A stretch of DNA of 64,000 nucleotides from Leucoraja erinacea. Taxonomy: Eukaryota. The translations under genes were made by a program, and so were the position numbers. The DNA lies in NCBI RefSeq assembly GCF_028641065.1, contig NC_073393.1, positions 9,982,001 through 10,046,000 of the forward strand. Direction: 5' to 3'. A model generated the notes under the pieces. That model made no database searches. It saw only the letters and a list, made by a program, of their open reading frames with translations, and was not told the origin of the DNA. This document shows, piece after piece, positions 27,573-39,915 of this stretch. Every line of letters begins with the position of its first letter. Within the stretch, counting starts at the first letter, position 1.

Positions 27573-28275
27573 TATCAAAATGAACAACCTCACAATTCTA
27601 CACCATACTCTACTTCACAGAAATTAATGAACACAATATCCTGCAGCATTAACACGCTCAGAAATACAGAATGTAGAAAGTTGGTTTATGCCATATTAAC
27701 AAAATTTTTGACCTATGATCAGTTTTAGGGTATTGTAGGTTAATTGGCTTTGGTAAAATTGTAAATTGTCCTTAGAGTGTAGGATAGTGCAAATGTACAG
27801 GGTGATCGCTGGTCAGCGTGTACTTGGTGGGTTGATGGGTCTTTTTCTATGCCGCATCTCTCAACTAAACTAAAATCAAATATATGCACAGGTAAGAGAA
27901 TCATGGTTCTCAAAAGTGCAAGCCTTTTCATTCTGCATTGAGAACCTTAGATACCTCACTGGTAATTTCCTGTCACACACACTCCTGGTGCCTACAAGAG
28001 GCAATGTTTGAGAGTGCACTTCTTCTGAGAAGTGTGTAGGCTTCACTGTCCTCCTGCAAGGACTATCCTATTCCACTCATAGCTTTTCAGTGCATGCACC
28101 TTCCTTGTCAAAGCTGGTTATATTGTGGTGTGATTCTTTGAGGACTACTTTCTGTGATCTATGCTTCTAGACATTTCCAATATTTCCATCAGCTTCAACA
28201 TATCTTCAGATTCAGATTCAGATTCAACTTTAATTGTCATTGTCAGTGTACAGTACAGAGACAACGAAATGCAAT

Positions 28276-28610
28276 ATTCCTCCTTTCCTTAGAGACTACT
28301 CTCTCCCCAAGTCCTTGTTTCGCTCATCCCTTCCCACCGAGCCTGCCCCTTCTCCAGGCATTTCCCCTGCAACCGCAGGAGATGCAACAGTTGTTCCTTC
28401 ACTTCCTCTCCCACTTTCATTCGGGGACCCCAGCAGCCCTTCCAAGTGAGAGAGGTTCACGTGCTCCTCTTCCAAAGTTGTCCATTGTGTCTGAAGAAAG
28501 GTCTCGACCCAAAACGTCACCCATTCCTTCCCTCCAGAGATGCTGCCCATCCCGCTGGGCTACTCCAGCATTTTGTGTCTATCTTCATTGCATCTGATGC
28601 TCCCTGTTAC
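28276..28610 (+). mobile_element. Rearranged Penelope-like fragment
   Basis: FPCNRRRCN-like segment plus the ctgaaga..aaaacgtcacc tail. Confidence 0.7.
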
Positions 28611-29414
28611 ATTGGCGTAGACTGGGCGGCATTTTGCCGTGTTCATCTACCGTGTACACTCTGGCCTTCAAACCTGTGTCCCTGGGTTCTTGCACTGTTT
28701 CCAATTTGTTCCAGTTACTTGGCTAGGATCTGTTTTTTTTCTGAGTGATGATGAACTTTGGCTTCTCAAAGAAGACTTGCACACAGCACAGTTGGAAGAG
28801 TTTGTTCATGGTGGTGTTGTTGGGGGGCCATGGAGGGGGGGGGAGTGGGAAGGTTGTGAAAGGAACGGGCGCGCGCCTAACATTTCAGGGCATTTGGGAG
28901 ATGGGGGAGCATGTGTCTTCCCCACGTAGTTTGGACAATACACGTGGAGGGCGAGCTCGCGTCCATCGAACGCTCTATCTTCAGGTCATAAGTGATAAGA
29001 GCAGAATTAGGCCATTCGGCCCATCAAGTCTACTCTGACATTCAATCATGGCTGATCTATCTCCCCCTCCTAACCCAATCCTCATGCCTTCCCATAACCT
29101 CTGACACCCGTAATAATCAAGAATCTATCTATCTCTCGCTGCCTTAAAAATATCCGCTGACTCGGCCTCCACAGCCTTCTGTGGCAAAGAATTCCGCAGA
29201 TTCACCACCCACTGACTTAGGAAATTTCTCCTCATCTCCTTCCAAAAGGAACGTTCCTTAATTATGAGGCTATATGACCTCTGGTCTGGTCCTGGACTGT
29301 CCCAGGAGGGGGAGGTGCACTGGGTGCCCTCTCCCCACGTGGTCTACCAGGGCCCCCACGTGGTTTATAGAGCCGGAGGGGGAGCGCAGGGGTTCAACGT
29401 GCGGTTGGGGCAGC

Positions 29415-29606
29415 GCGCGCGGGTAGTCAAGTGAGCGCGCGGGTAGTCAAGTGAGCGCGCGGGTAGTCAAGTGAGCGCGCGGGTAGTCAAGTGAGCGCGC
29501 GGGTAGTCAAGTGAGCGCGCGGGTTGTCAAGTGAGCGTGCGGGTTGTCAGTCAAGTGAGCGCGCGGGTAGTCAAGTGAGCGCGCGGGTTGTCAAGTGAGC
29601 GCGCGG
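29415..29606. repeat. 20-bp GC-rich minisatellite (GCGCGCGGGTAGTCAAGTGA), 9 units plus a partial
   Basis: Direct tandem units, near identical, one 24-nt variant. Confidence 0.95.
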
Positions 29607-29833
29607 CGGCGAGCGAACGAGTCTCTCTCCTCCTCCTCCTCACGTGGTTTGGCAGAGCGCGCCACCGCCGTCAGCCTGGAGCTGGTGAAGCGAGTGCGCG
29701 CGCGGGCGGCCAGCTCCCTCCAGCGGCCGGGCCGGCGCCAGCAGCTCCAGCTCCAGCAGCGTCGATGCGGGCCCCGGACACGCAGCTGTACATCAGCCGG
29801 GCCTAGCGAGGACCAGCAAGGCGGCGGTGTCAG
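29607..29833 (+). other. VRK3: VRK3 exon 1 (5' UTR; start approximate)
   Basis: CAG|gtagga donor at 29833/29834 inside the CpG island; next acceptor at 30829 sits just before the ATG. Confidence 0.6.
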
Positions 29834-30031
29834 GTAGGAGCGGGGCACCCTGGGGTCCTGGCCCCTCGCCTCTGTCTCCGACCCCGCCCGGGGATGGGAA
29901 GTTACATTGGGTCGGAAGGAACGACAGATGTTGGAAGGTAGACACAAAAATGCTGGAGTAACTCATTCACCGGGACCGGCAGCATCCGTGGAGAGAAAGA
30001 ATGGGTGACTTTTCGGGACTTTTCAGACTGT

Positions 30032-30059
30032 CTGAAGAAGGGTCTCGACCCGAAACGTC
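30032..30059 (+). ncRNA. Minimal hammerhead ribozyme-like core
   Basis: CTGAAGA, AGGGTCTCGACCC stem-loop, GAAA, CGTC; stem I is short. Confidence 0.55.
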
Positions 30060-30830
30060 ACCCATTCCTTCCTTCTCCCCAGAGATGCTGCCTGTCCCGT
30101 TGAGTTACTCCAGCATTTTGTGTTTATCTACAGGTTGTACAGGCCCGCAAACTCATGCACTGTCTTCCCGTGGCCCAGTCACCGGCCAAGCCCGAAGCTT
30201 GATTTATTTTAGATTTATTGGTTGTAACGTAGCTTCATTTACACGCTTATGAACTTTATCTGCAACTCATCAAGGAATAATGCCACAAACGTGGTCCAGT
30301 TCAACAGAGTCAACAAGTCAATTGCTTATTATAATGTTTGTTCTTTTAGTATAACTACAGTGGGTCAGGAGTCATCTGTGGAGAGAACGGGTCAGTGGAC
30401 GATTCGGGTCCCTTCCATCCACACATGCTGCCTAACCTGTTGAGTTCTCCCAGCACTTTGTTTCAAAGTTCAAAATTCCTACATCTGAACTCTGTATTTT
30501 ATAGGAAAAATTGATTGGGTTAATTCAACTGTGTTCGTTCCTGGAAAGAAACACAGTGACCCTAGTTACATTTCAATTCGGAATCTTAATTTCTCCTTTA
30601 AATTCCGAGCAAATACAAAGAAGCCCTGAACCGTGATGGTGGACATTAAATGATTCAAATGTACATTATGTAATAAAGGAATGAAACTATCACAATAGCG
30701 TGATGTCATTAGCCATTCTATGTTTTTGTTTTGATTATGACCCATTCTGACCCTCCCTAATAATACCCTCCCATATATCTTTCATAATGATATGCCATAA
30801 TGATATAAAACTTAATTTTCATCTTTTAGA

Positions 30831-30972
30831 ATGATTTTTAAGTATTGTCCAGAATGTGGCCAGGATTTAGAAGCTACTTTCAACTTTTGCCCAACATGCG
30901 GTTTCAAGATACCCAAAGGAGAAAAAGAGGAGGAAGTACAACCTGTTACTGTCCAGGCCACAACATCTCCAG
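30831..30972 (+). CDS. VRK3: VRK3 first coding exon (zinc ribbon MIFKYCPECG...FCPTCG)
   Basis: ttttag|aATG, cag|gtttg; resembles human MISFCPDCG...FCPYCG. Confidence 0.92.
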
Positions 30973-31393
30973 GTTTGTTTAGATTAAGTTTCTCTTCGGC
31001 CTCATTGTTGGTCCATCTGAGTTTAGAAAAAGTGGTTACTTGAGATCAGTAGGATTCTGAGTTTCATTGTGTACTGTCCAAGGAGAAAATATCCACGAAT
31101 ATAAGCAAGTGTATTTTTACTGTGTTTTTTTTTAATTTTTTAATTTTCCTATTTGTCTTGGGTATAAATGATAGAATATGGAATTGCCAACAATTGGTGT
31201 CTATACCAACCCTTTGTCTTACCATTTTTACATTGCTTCTGACACCCATTGCTATCCTCCTTTCACCCTAAAAGTCCAATTCACATTTTACTTTGTGTCC
31301 ATGAGTGACACGCACTTTCATATTCATTCCATCATTCCATTATTTGTAAAATTGTAACATCCTTTTTTCCGTTAATGCTTCCATTATATTTGA

Positions 31394-32439
31394 TATTGCC
31401 CTCCATAATGTTTGGGTACCCATCATTTATTTTTTTGCCTTCCGTTAATTTGAGAATTGTCATCATCACATGGTTCATCTCACACAGATTTGTAAGGTTT
31501 TTTTACAATGGTTTGATGTATAAATTACAGCAGTGTTTATACGTAGTCCTCCCATTTCAGTGCACCATAATGTTAGGGACACAGCAATGTCATGTAAATG
31601 AAAATAGTCATGTTTGGTATTTTGTTGCATATTCTGTGATTCATGCACATCATCAGTTGCTGGGTGTCTTCTCTGGTGATGCTCTGCCAGGCCTGTATTG
31701 TAGCCATATTTAGCTTATGCCTTGCTTTGTCTCAGTTGGCTGGATGGATACTAGGAGTTGTTTTTCATGTGGAGCAAAAGGGTGACGGGACTTCAGTCGG
31801 GATGGCTGCTGCTCGCAGCTGATAGCCTGATGGAGGTGATCTGGATCCATGGCACGATGAGAGTTGCTGACCTCTGAGTCCACACCTGACTCCTGAAGAG
31901 TGTTTCTGATCTGTTGGACAGGTGTTTGTGGATTTTTCTTTATTTATAGAGAATTCTTCTGTCATCAGCTGTGGAAGTCTTCCTTGGCCTGCCAGTCCCT
32001 TTGCGATTAGTAAGCTCACGTGCTCTCTTTCTTCTTAATCACGTTCCAAACAGTTGATTTTGGTAAGCTTGCTGTTTGGCTGATGTCTCTCAGTCTCATA
32101 ATGGCTTCTTTGTGTTTCATTGCCACAACGTTGGTCCTCATGTTAATAAACAACAGTAAAAGTTTCCAAGGTCAAAACACACCTGAGCAATTACAAAAAT
32201 CTGTGAAGCTATGTGTCCAAAACATTATGATGCCCTGAAATGGGGGGACTATGCATAAACACAGCTGTAATTTCTACATGGTGAAACCAAAATGTATTAA
32301 AATGACCTTCATTAAAATCTGACAATGTGCACTTTAACCACATGGGATTTATTTTCTATTACTAATCTTAAATTGTGGAGTACAGAAGCAAATAAAAAAA
32401 AATGATGGGTCTTTGTCCCAAACATTATGGAGGGCACTA
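31394..32439. mobile_element. Degenerate Tc1 element of the same family
   Basis: Both TIR ends (GCCCTCCATAATGTTTGGG; GTCCCAAACATTATGGAGGGCACT) with decayed internal sequence. Confidence 0.75.
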
Positions 32440-32806
32440 TATCTATCAAATGCAACCATCATGCAGCTTCTGCTGTCACAAGTGAGCTTAATAAGTGGAT
32501 GTTTGATTCTGCCTTTTCAGTTAAGGATGGTTGGATAGCATCATAGAAGCCATTAAAAATTACCTAAAATAAACAACCATTCATTACTTAGAAAAACATT
32601 GAATTCTGGAGAATTGTCCTGAGACGTTGTTACGCAGCATCAAGTGTTGACATTTCATTTAGCACTCATGAAAACTATTTTGTGTTTAGAAATCTGGACA
32701 CTCAACTAATTAAGTTCTTGGCTGCCAGGTTCTAAAGTAGCAGTGTTACAGATTTAATGCAGAATGGCCCTGTCTTTAAAAGCTTGCTCTTCCATTGTAA
32801 ATTCAG

Positions 32807-32950
32807 CTCAAACTCTGCCTAGTCTAAAAGCAGCCAGTACAAAGCACACCCCTGTGAAAATAATCTCACCCAGGAAAGAAGTGGCTTCTCCAAAGAGAAG
32901 ACGACAAAATGAACTGTATGAACAGAAATCTCCCACAAAGGCACCACAAG
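32807..32950 (+). CDS. VRK3: VRK3 exon (basic, SP-rich linker, SPKRRR NLS-like)
   Basis: 144 nt, phase 1 to 1, aag|gtaag. Confidence 0.8.
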
Positions 32951-33264
32951 GTAAGTTAACACATTGGAAGATTAGTTAAAATGGCAGCCTGATGCTGTTT
33001 AGACGTTTAGAGTTTTTATAATTGATTAAGTTTCTATTTGCTTGAAGTGGTTTTGAAAAATACTCTTTGCCTAAAGAGTAAGCCAGGGCTCCAAAGCAAT
33101 TGCAATACAGAAATGTTGATATCTGAACCTATACAGGCCATCTCATGGTATTGATTGGTTCCATTTTTCCATCAAGTTGATTTTGACAGTTTCAAAATAT
33201 ACACAAATATCACTCTATAGTAACCTATAATATTGTAATAAATGGCATCAACAATCTAGAGAAA

Positions 33265-35250
33265 TAAAAATCTGCAACTCCTGTTTACAAAAAAAAGACA
33301 GTGTTGGAATAACTCAGTGGTTCATGCAGCATCACTGGAGAACATGGATGGGTGCCATTTTGGGTTGGGATCCCTCTTCAGACTGATTGTGGTGGGAATC
33401 AACGACATTTAGGACAAAGCCAGGCAAGTGATAGGTGGATTCATGCAAAGTGTTTTTTGGCTGTGGTTGGGATTGCCAATATAACAAATTCAGATGCAGT
33501 AGATGAGGTTAGAGGGGTTGCACATGAACACCTGGAAGTATTGCTGGGGTCCTTTGCTGGATGGTTGAGGGGATTGGAACATATGACTGGTGTTGGGATC
33601 ATTTTGGAGGTTGTAGAAATGTTGGAGAATGATGTGTTTTGATTCTGAGGCTGGTTGGGTGAAAGGTAAGGGCCAGTGGAACTCTATCCTTGTTCTGTCT
33701 GGGGGGAGGGGAACTGTGGGACAAAACTATGGACACCTTGAGTAAGGGATCCATCTATTACAGAAGATGGGGAAGATTCAAGATTCAATTTAATTGTCAC
33801 ATGCACCAATTAAGGTACAGTGAAATTTTAAGTTGCCATACAGCCATATTAAGTGAAAAACAACAATACACACGGCCACGTAAAATACAATTTAACATAT
33901 ACATTCACCACAGCAGAATCCACATTCCTCACTGATGGAAGGTAATAAAGTTCAATCATCTTCCTCCTTTGTTCACCCGTGATCGGGGCAGTTGAACCCT
34001 CCGCATTCGCCGCTTCCGAGCCCTCTCAATTGGATGATCGAAACTCCGGCCTCGGGACGGATTGGAACACTACGCGACATAGAGCTCCCAAGTCGGCCTC
34101 TTCTTACCGTAGACCACGGGCTACACTGTTAAAGTCCGCAGGCCCCGCGGTTGGAGCCCTCCACAATCATCAGCAAAGGATTGCAGCTCCCGATGTTAAA
34201 GTCCGCGCAGCGCCCCTGGCTTGAAGCGCCGGGCCGGTCTTCAGGAAAGGCCCGCACCACTCCACATTGTTAGGCCACAGGGGGGACGGAGATGCGAGAC
34301 TGAGACAAATCGCATCTCCGTCGAGGTAAGTGATTGAAAAAAGTTTCCCCCAATTCCCTTCCCCCCCAACCCCCCACATTAGAACAGACCAAGAAATATT
34401 AAAACATACTTAAAATAATAAAAACAGAGGGGACAAACAGACGGTTGGCAATGTGTTTGATACCTAAACTAAAACATAAACATAGGACCATGTGTTTGAA
34501 ACCATGTTTACTAAAGAAAGAGAATATCTCAGATGTCCGAGAATGGAAAGTCTCATCTTGGGAGCAGATGTGGCAGAGACTGACTTTGAAAGTATGCGAT
34601 AGTATCTTTGCAAGAGGTAGGGTGGGAGGAGATGTAGTCCAGATAAATGGGAATTGGTTGGTTGTCGTAGACGTCAGTCCCATGTCTATCCCCTGTGATG
34701 GAGACCAAGAAAGGGATGAGATGTCAGAAATTGTCTAAGTGAATTTGAACGCAGGGTGGAAGTTAGTGGTAAATTTAATGGAAATTTAATGAAATTGATG
34801 ATTTACACAGGTGCAGAAGGCAGCTCCAAAGCCATCGGCGATGTAGTGAGAAAGAGTGGGGGAGATTGTGCCAGCATATGCCTGAAACAAAGATTGTTTG
34901 ATGTATCAAATAAGAGGGCAGGCAAAGCTAGGGTCCTTGTGAATACCCATGGCTGCACCTTTAAATTGAAGAAACTGAGAGGAGTCAAAAAATAGGTTGT
35001 TGTTCAGGACTAATTCTGTCAGGCTGAGGAGTGTCACTAGAGGGAAACTGAAGAACACCTCCCCAATCCCCATCTACTGCATTCAATGTTCCTGATGTGG
35101 CTTCCTTTACATCAGTGATACAAAGCGTAAACACAACAGCCCTTTTGCCCAGTATGTGCTTGGTCCGCCAGGGCCTATTGCATCTCCTGTTTTCTAACCA
35201 TTTTGACTCCTTCCATTAGCTGTACCGCCCTTTCTAGCCTGACTGTTTTG
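33265..35250. mobile_element. Cluster of decayed Penelope-like fragments with a nested short retroposon (about 33775-34440)
   Basis: Minus-strand ICSQDETFHSRTSE matches the Penelope ORF at 56680; boundaries approximate. Confidence 0.55.
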
Positions 35251-35472
35251 CCCAATAGACAATAGTCAGTACTTGTGTTTGGCCCACCAAGACTGGATCT
35301 CCTGGTTTCTTATCATTTGCCTCCATCCGATGCTCGTACTGACCTTTCTAGCCTGGTTGTAAGCTACCCAAGCAGAATATGACATGCCATTTTGAATGTG
35401 GCTGCACTCTAGGAATTGAGGCAGCCCAGGATATATTTCCTAGAATAATCAAGTTCTAAATTTTAACATAAC

Positions 35473-35757
35473 GAGGCATCACTGTGGCACAGAAGTAGAG
35501 TTGCTACCTTGCAGCACCAGAAACCCAGGTTCGATCCTGAGTGCGGGTGGTGTCTGTATGGAGTTTGCACATTTTCCCTATGACTGGGTTTGCTCCGGCT
35601 GCTCGCTTTCTCCCATACTCCAACGACATACAAGTTTGTAGGTTAATTGGCTTCTGTAAATTGTCCTTGATGTGCAGAGTAGAATTAGTGTATGGTTGAT
35701 CACTGGTCGGCACGGACTCGTGGGTTAAAGGGCCTGTTTCTGTAAACCTAAACTAAA
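35473..35757 (+). mobile_element. HE1-like SINE
   Basis: GGTTCGATCC B box, (CTAAA)n tail. Confidence 0.78.
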
Positions 35758-36110
35758 ACATAACCATAGGACCATTGTTTTGGAAATCAATAAGCATTGA
35801 AATTGTATGTGTGGACTATTATACAAATTAATCTGAGAGCCTAGTGTGTTCCAAACCAAGCTTGATAATTTAATAAAGTTGCTTTTTTCAAACTATGTTG
35901 TGCAAAATGAATTTTAACAATTTATTTTTCTACATCTGTGTTTGGAAACATTTGAGATTCACTGGATGCCTTTATATGATGCCATTGTGTACATTTTCTT
36001 CATAACAAGAATATTCAGGAGATTAGACTATTTTGAATTTTATCAGTATTAATATAAATAAACACGAATCAATAGTCGTTCAGTATGAAAACCATTTATT
36101 TTTCTATTAG

Positions 36111-36260
36111 TTTTGAGAAGTCCAAAAGGAAAACGGCAAAAGAATAATCCATTGGAACCGATTGCAGAAAATGAAATTTTGACTGATCAGAACAGCAGAA
36201 AATGGAGACTTACCAAGATTCTTTCGCAGCATGAAACTGAATATGGGCTGCTCTATTCAG
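36111..36260 (+). CDS. VRK3: VRK3 exon (LEPIAENEILTDQNSRKWRL...GLLYS)
   Basis: 150 nt, tag/gtatgt; start of kinase N-lobe. Confidence 0.9.
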
Positions 36261-36431
36261 GTATGTCTACCACATATTTGCGGACTAGATTGGATTTAGT
36301 TAGAAAAATTGGAATTTCCTTAACTTAAAAGTAATCAATTTGTCAATATTGATGCGTAAGCCATGACAGAACAAACGCAAAGGCTTTGGATTTTTCAAAC
36401 TGAATAATTAATTTGGAAAAGTACAGTAAAC

Positions 36432-37480
36432 GTAGAAAATAGGTGCAGGAGTAGGCCATTCGGCCCTTCGAGCCTGCACCTCCATTCAATATGATCATGG
36501 CTGATCATCCAACTCAGTATCCTGTACCTGCATTCTCTCCATACCCCCTGATCCCTTTAGCCACAAGGGCCACATCTAACTCCCTCTTAAATATAGCCAA
36601 TGAACTGACATCAACTACCTTCTGTGGCAGAGAATTCCAGAGATTCACCGCTGTGTGAAAAATGTTTTCCTCATCTCGGTCCTAAAAGATTTCCCCCTTA
36701 TCCTTAAACTGTGACCCCTTGTTCTAGACTTCCCCAACATCGGGGACAATCTTCCTACATCTAGCCTGTCAAATCCCTTAAGAACTTTGTATGTTTCTAT
36801 AAGATCCCCCCTCGATCTTCTAAATTCTAGCGAGTACAAACTGAGTCTATCCAGTCTTTCTTCATATGAAAGTCCTGACATCGCAGGAATCAGTCTGGTG
36901 AACCTTCTCTGTACTCCCTCTATGGCAAGAATGTCTTTCCTCAGATTAGGAGACCAAAACTGTATGCAATACTCCAGGTGTGGTCTCACCAAGACCCTGT
37001 ACAACTGCAGTAGAACCTTCCTGCTCCTATACTCAAATCCTTATGCTATGAATGCTAACATACCATTCGCCTTCTTCACTGTCTGCTGCACCTGCATGCC
37101 TAATTTTAATGACTGGTGTACCATGACACCCAGGTCTCGTTGCATCTCCCCCTTTCCTAATCGGCCACCATTCAGATAATAGTCTACTTTCCTGTTTTTG
37201 CCACCAAAGTGGGTAACCTCACATTTATCCACATTATACTGCATCTGCCATGCATTTGCCCACTCACCCACCCTATCCAAGTCACCTTGCAGCCTCCTAG
37301 CATCCTCCACACAGCTAACACTGCCCTCCAGCTTTGTGTCATCCGCAAACTTGGAGATGTTGCATTCAATTCCCTTGTCCAAATCATTAATATATATCGT
37401 AAATAGCTGGGGTCCTAGCACTGAGCCTTGCGGTACCCCACTAGCCATTGTGACAAGGACCCGTTTACTCCTACTCTTTG
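36432..37480 (-). mobile_element. CR1 LINE 3' fragment
   Basis: GVPQGSVLGP, FADDTK, RPHLEYC. Confidence 0.92.
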
Positions 37481-37736
37481 GACGACTGTTATAGAATATA
37501 ATTTGTTGTAATTTGAATAATAGTTGTTATAGAATATAATTTGTGATTTGAAGAGTTCATTTAGATTCCATGACACATTGGGCCTAATCCTTGAGTCTGA
37601 AGCTTGTCACGTAGGTGAAGTGCCTGAAGTTGAGCATTTTGGGAATAATGATCATATTAATTTTCAAGGTAGTTATAGACAGGCTTAAAGCTGAAATTAT
37701 GATGCTGAATTGGAAGGAGGCCACTTTTAAAAATAA

Positions 37737-38235
37737 TATATAACCATATAACAATTACAGCACGGAAACAGGCCATCTCGGCCCTACAAGTCCGTGCCGA
37801 ACAACTTTTTTTCCCTTAGTCCCACCTGCCTGCACTCATACCATAACCCTCCATTCCCTTCTCATCCATATGCCTATCCAATTTATTTTTTAAATGATAC
37901 CAACGAACCTGCCTCCACCACTTCTACTGGAAGCTCATTCCACACCGCTACCACTCTCTGAGTAAAGAAGTTCCCCCTCGTGTTACCCCTAAACATCTGT
38001 CCCTTAATTCTGAAGTCATGTCCTCTTGTTTGAATCTTCCCTATTCTCAAAGGCAAAAGCTTGTCCACATCAACTCTGTCTATCCCTCTTATCATTTTAA
38101 AGACCTCTATCAAGTCCCCCCTTAACCTTCTGCGCTCCAGAGAATAAAGACCTAACTTATTCAACCTATCTCTGTAACTTAGTTGTTGAAACCCAGGCAA
38201 CATTCTAGTAAATCTCCTCTGTACTCTCTCTATTT
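37737..38235 (-). mobile_element. CR1 LINE 3' fragment (different subfamily)
   Basis: IERVQRRFTRMLPG..RRRLRGDLIEVFK..WNELP. Confidence 0.88.
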
Positions 38236-38355
38236 TGTAAAATATCGTAAAATAGGGCCTGACAAATGCAGAGTAGGAACAGGTTTTTGAGAGTAGACCT
38301 GCAGAAAGGGAGCATCTATCAATTGTGAAATAGTGCTGGTTATGCCCTAAAGGGC

Positions 38356-38495
38356 GGAGTGGAGAATTGCTACCTCCACGTGATCCGCCCTGTTTCGGCG
38401 AATGCAATCAACCTGGCGTGCACAATCAAGTAAGATCAAATAGAACAAGTTGTCCTACAACTTTAGGCTGTGCACGCCACACGCAAGAAGAAGAA
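38356..38495 (+). mobile_element. 140-bp retroposon 3' end with (AAG)n tail
   Basis: Flanked by the 12-bp direct repeat GCCCTAAAGGGC at 38344 and 38496. Confidence 0.65.
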
Positions 38496-38502
38496 GCCCT
38501 AA

Positions 38503-39081
38503 AGGGCCTGTCCCACTTAAGCTATTTTTTAGGGAACTGCAGACGACTAGGCTGTCACCAAATGGTCGCTGAGGTGTCGCATGTATGGTCGTGAGTCGTC
38601 CAAAGAGTCGTAGCGTCTTTCTGGTCGCTGCTGGATTTTCAACATGTTCAAAAAATTTCGGCAACAGTGGGTTGATGCCAATGAGCGTAGCTTGACTTCT
38701 CCTGAAGTAGGTTCTGTCGTAGGTTGTCGCCAGGTGATGTAGGTTGTCGCCGGTGCTGACTTCGGTGAATTCCATTGACGACTACCTAGGTCAACCGGTG
38801 ACGGGTACCGGCGACTGAATTGTCTTCAGTTGTAACTGACAGGGTTGTAGCTTGATGCAGGTGGATGTAGGTTGACTTTGGTTGTCACAGATGTCGTCGT
38901 AGGTGGACGTCCTAAGTCGCTAGCTTTTGTCGGTAGCTTGCTGTAGCTTGATGTCGACTAGATGGTAGGTTGTCGTAGACATTGTCATAGAGGGGTCCAG
39001 TCGCTGTTTTTTCGGCAACCTGCTACGACTATGACAGTCGCTGGCAGTCGCCTAAAAAATCACCTAAGTGGGACAGGCCAT
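38503..39081. mobile_element. PIF/Harbinger-type MITE
   Basis: TIR AGGGCCTGTCCCACTTA / TAAGTGGGACAGGCC, TAA duplication on both sides, internal (GTCGTAG)-like repeats. Confidence 0.85.
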
Positions 39082-39778
39082 TAAAGTATTCCTGTAATGT
39101 TGGATGGTAAGGAAGGCAAGTTCAGGCGAACATAAGGTATTGAGGATTTGATAAAGCAGAAGAAAAAGAAGCATATGGCAGGTATAAAGTTCTGAAAACA
39201 AGTGAAGCTGTTCAGAAGGGCAGAATGTACATGGGACTGTTGTTCCAATCGCTGCATTGTTTAGGCCTGCTTTTATCTCTAATGTTGCATTTGTCCATCC
39301 CTTGTTGTATCTGACACTGCAATCCTCATGCAAGCTTTATTACCTCTGACCTTTACCAATACTGTGCTTACGTGCCTGACTCCCTCATAATCCATCCCCC
39401 ATTTAGCTCGGTTCATTCAAAGGCCTGCAGCTTGCATCCTGCCCCACACATTCATCACCCTCTGCTCAATGACCTATGTTATCTCTTCGTTCAGCAGTGT
39501 CTATAATTGAAATCCCTCTGTGGGATTGTTGTTTAATTCCTATGTTCACAAGTCTTGCAACCCTCTAAAATCACTGCATACTTGTAATTCTGGTGTTTTA
39601 TGCATTCCTTTTCCATAATTGTCTATTGGCAGCTGTATCGTAACATATTTAAATATCTAACCTCTGGAATTTTCTTCCCAAATCTTTGATGATGATGATG
39701 ATCGAATTTGATGCCTAGAGTTAATGCTGCAACCGTTCAAGAATTTTGCTGATCACTGAGTTTTCTTTACTGTTTCAG

Positions 39779-39825
39779 CACAACAAATGCCTGGTTCCTC
39801 ACAGTGCAACTATACAGTTAAAGTG
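39779..39825 (+). CDS. VRK3: VRK3 exon (AQQMPGSSQCNYTVKV)
   Basis: 47 nt, cag/gtaagt; carries the beta3 lysine. Confidence 0.85.
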
Positions 39826-39915
39826 GTAAGTTGTAATCTGCCAAGCTTCCAGAGCTAGCATTTGTTCTTACTATCCTTCATACTGATCGTGCTGTGCATG
39901 TAAATATACTTCCAG

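Larger units (their letters stand above)
29300..29900. promoter_or_regulatory. CpG-island promoter of VRK3 (possibly shared with the dynein gene)
   Basis: Sharp rise in GC and CpG, CACGTG E-boxes at 29336, 29357 and 29641, about 1 kb upstream of the VRK3 ATG. Confidence 0.8.

Noticed and set aside
27188-27593. Minus-strand ORFs as dynein N-terminal exons
   Set aside because: They lie within a TIR-bounded, TA-flanked MITE.
28720-28815. Minus-strand CCACCATG with good Kozak context
   Set aside because: Stops after 28 codons, has no convincing donor, and sits next to repeat debris.
29415-29606. CRISPR-like array
   Set aside because: Units are directly tandem with no unique spacers, no cas genes, and the context is vertebrate; it is a minisatellite.
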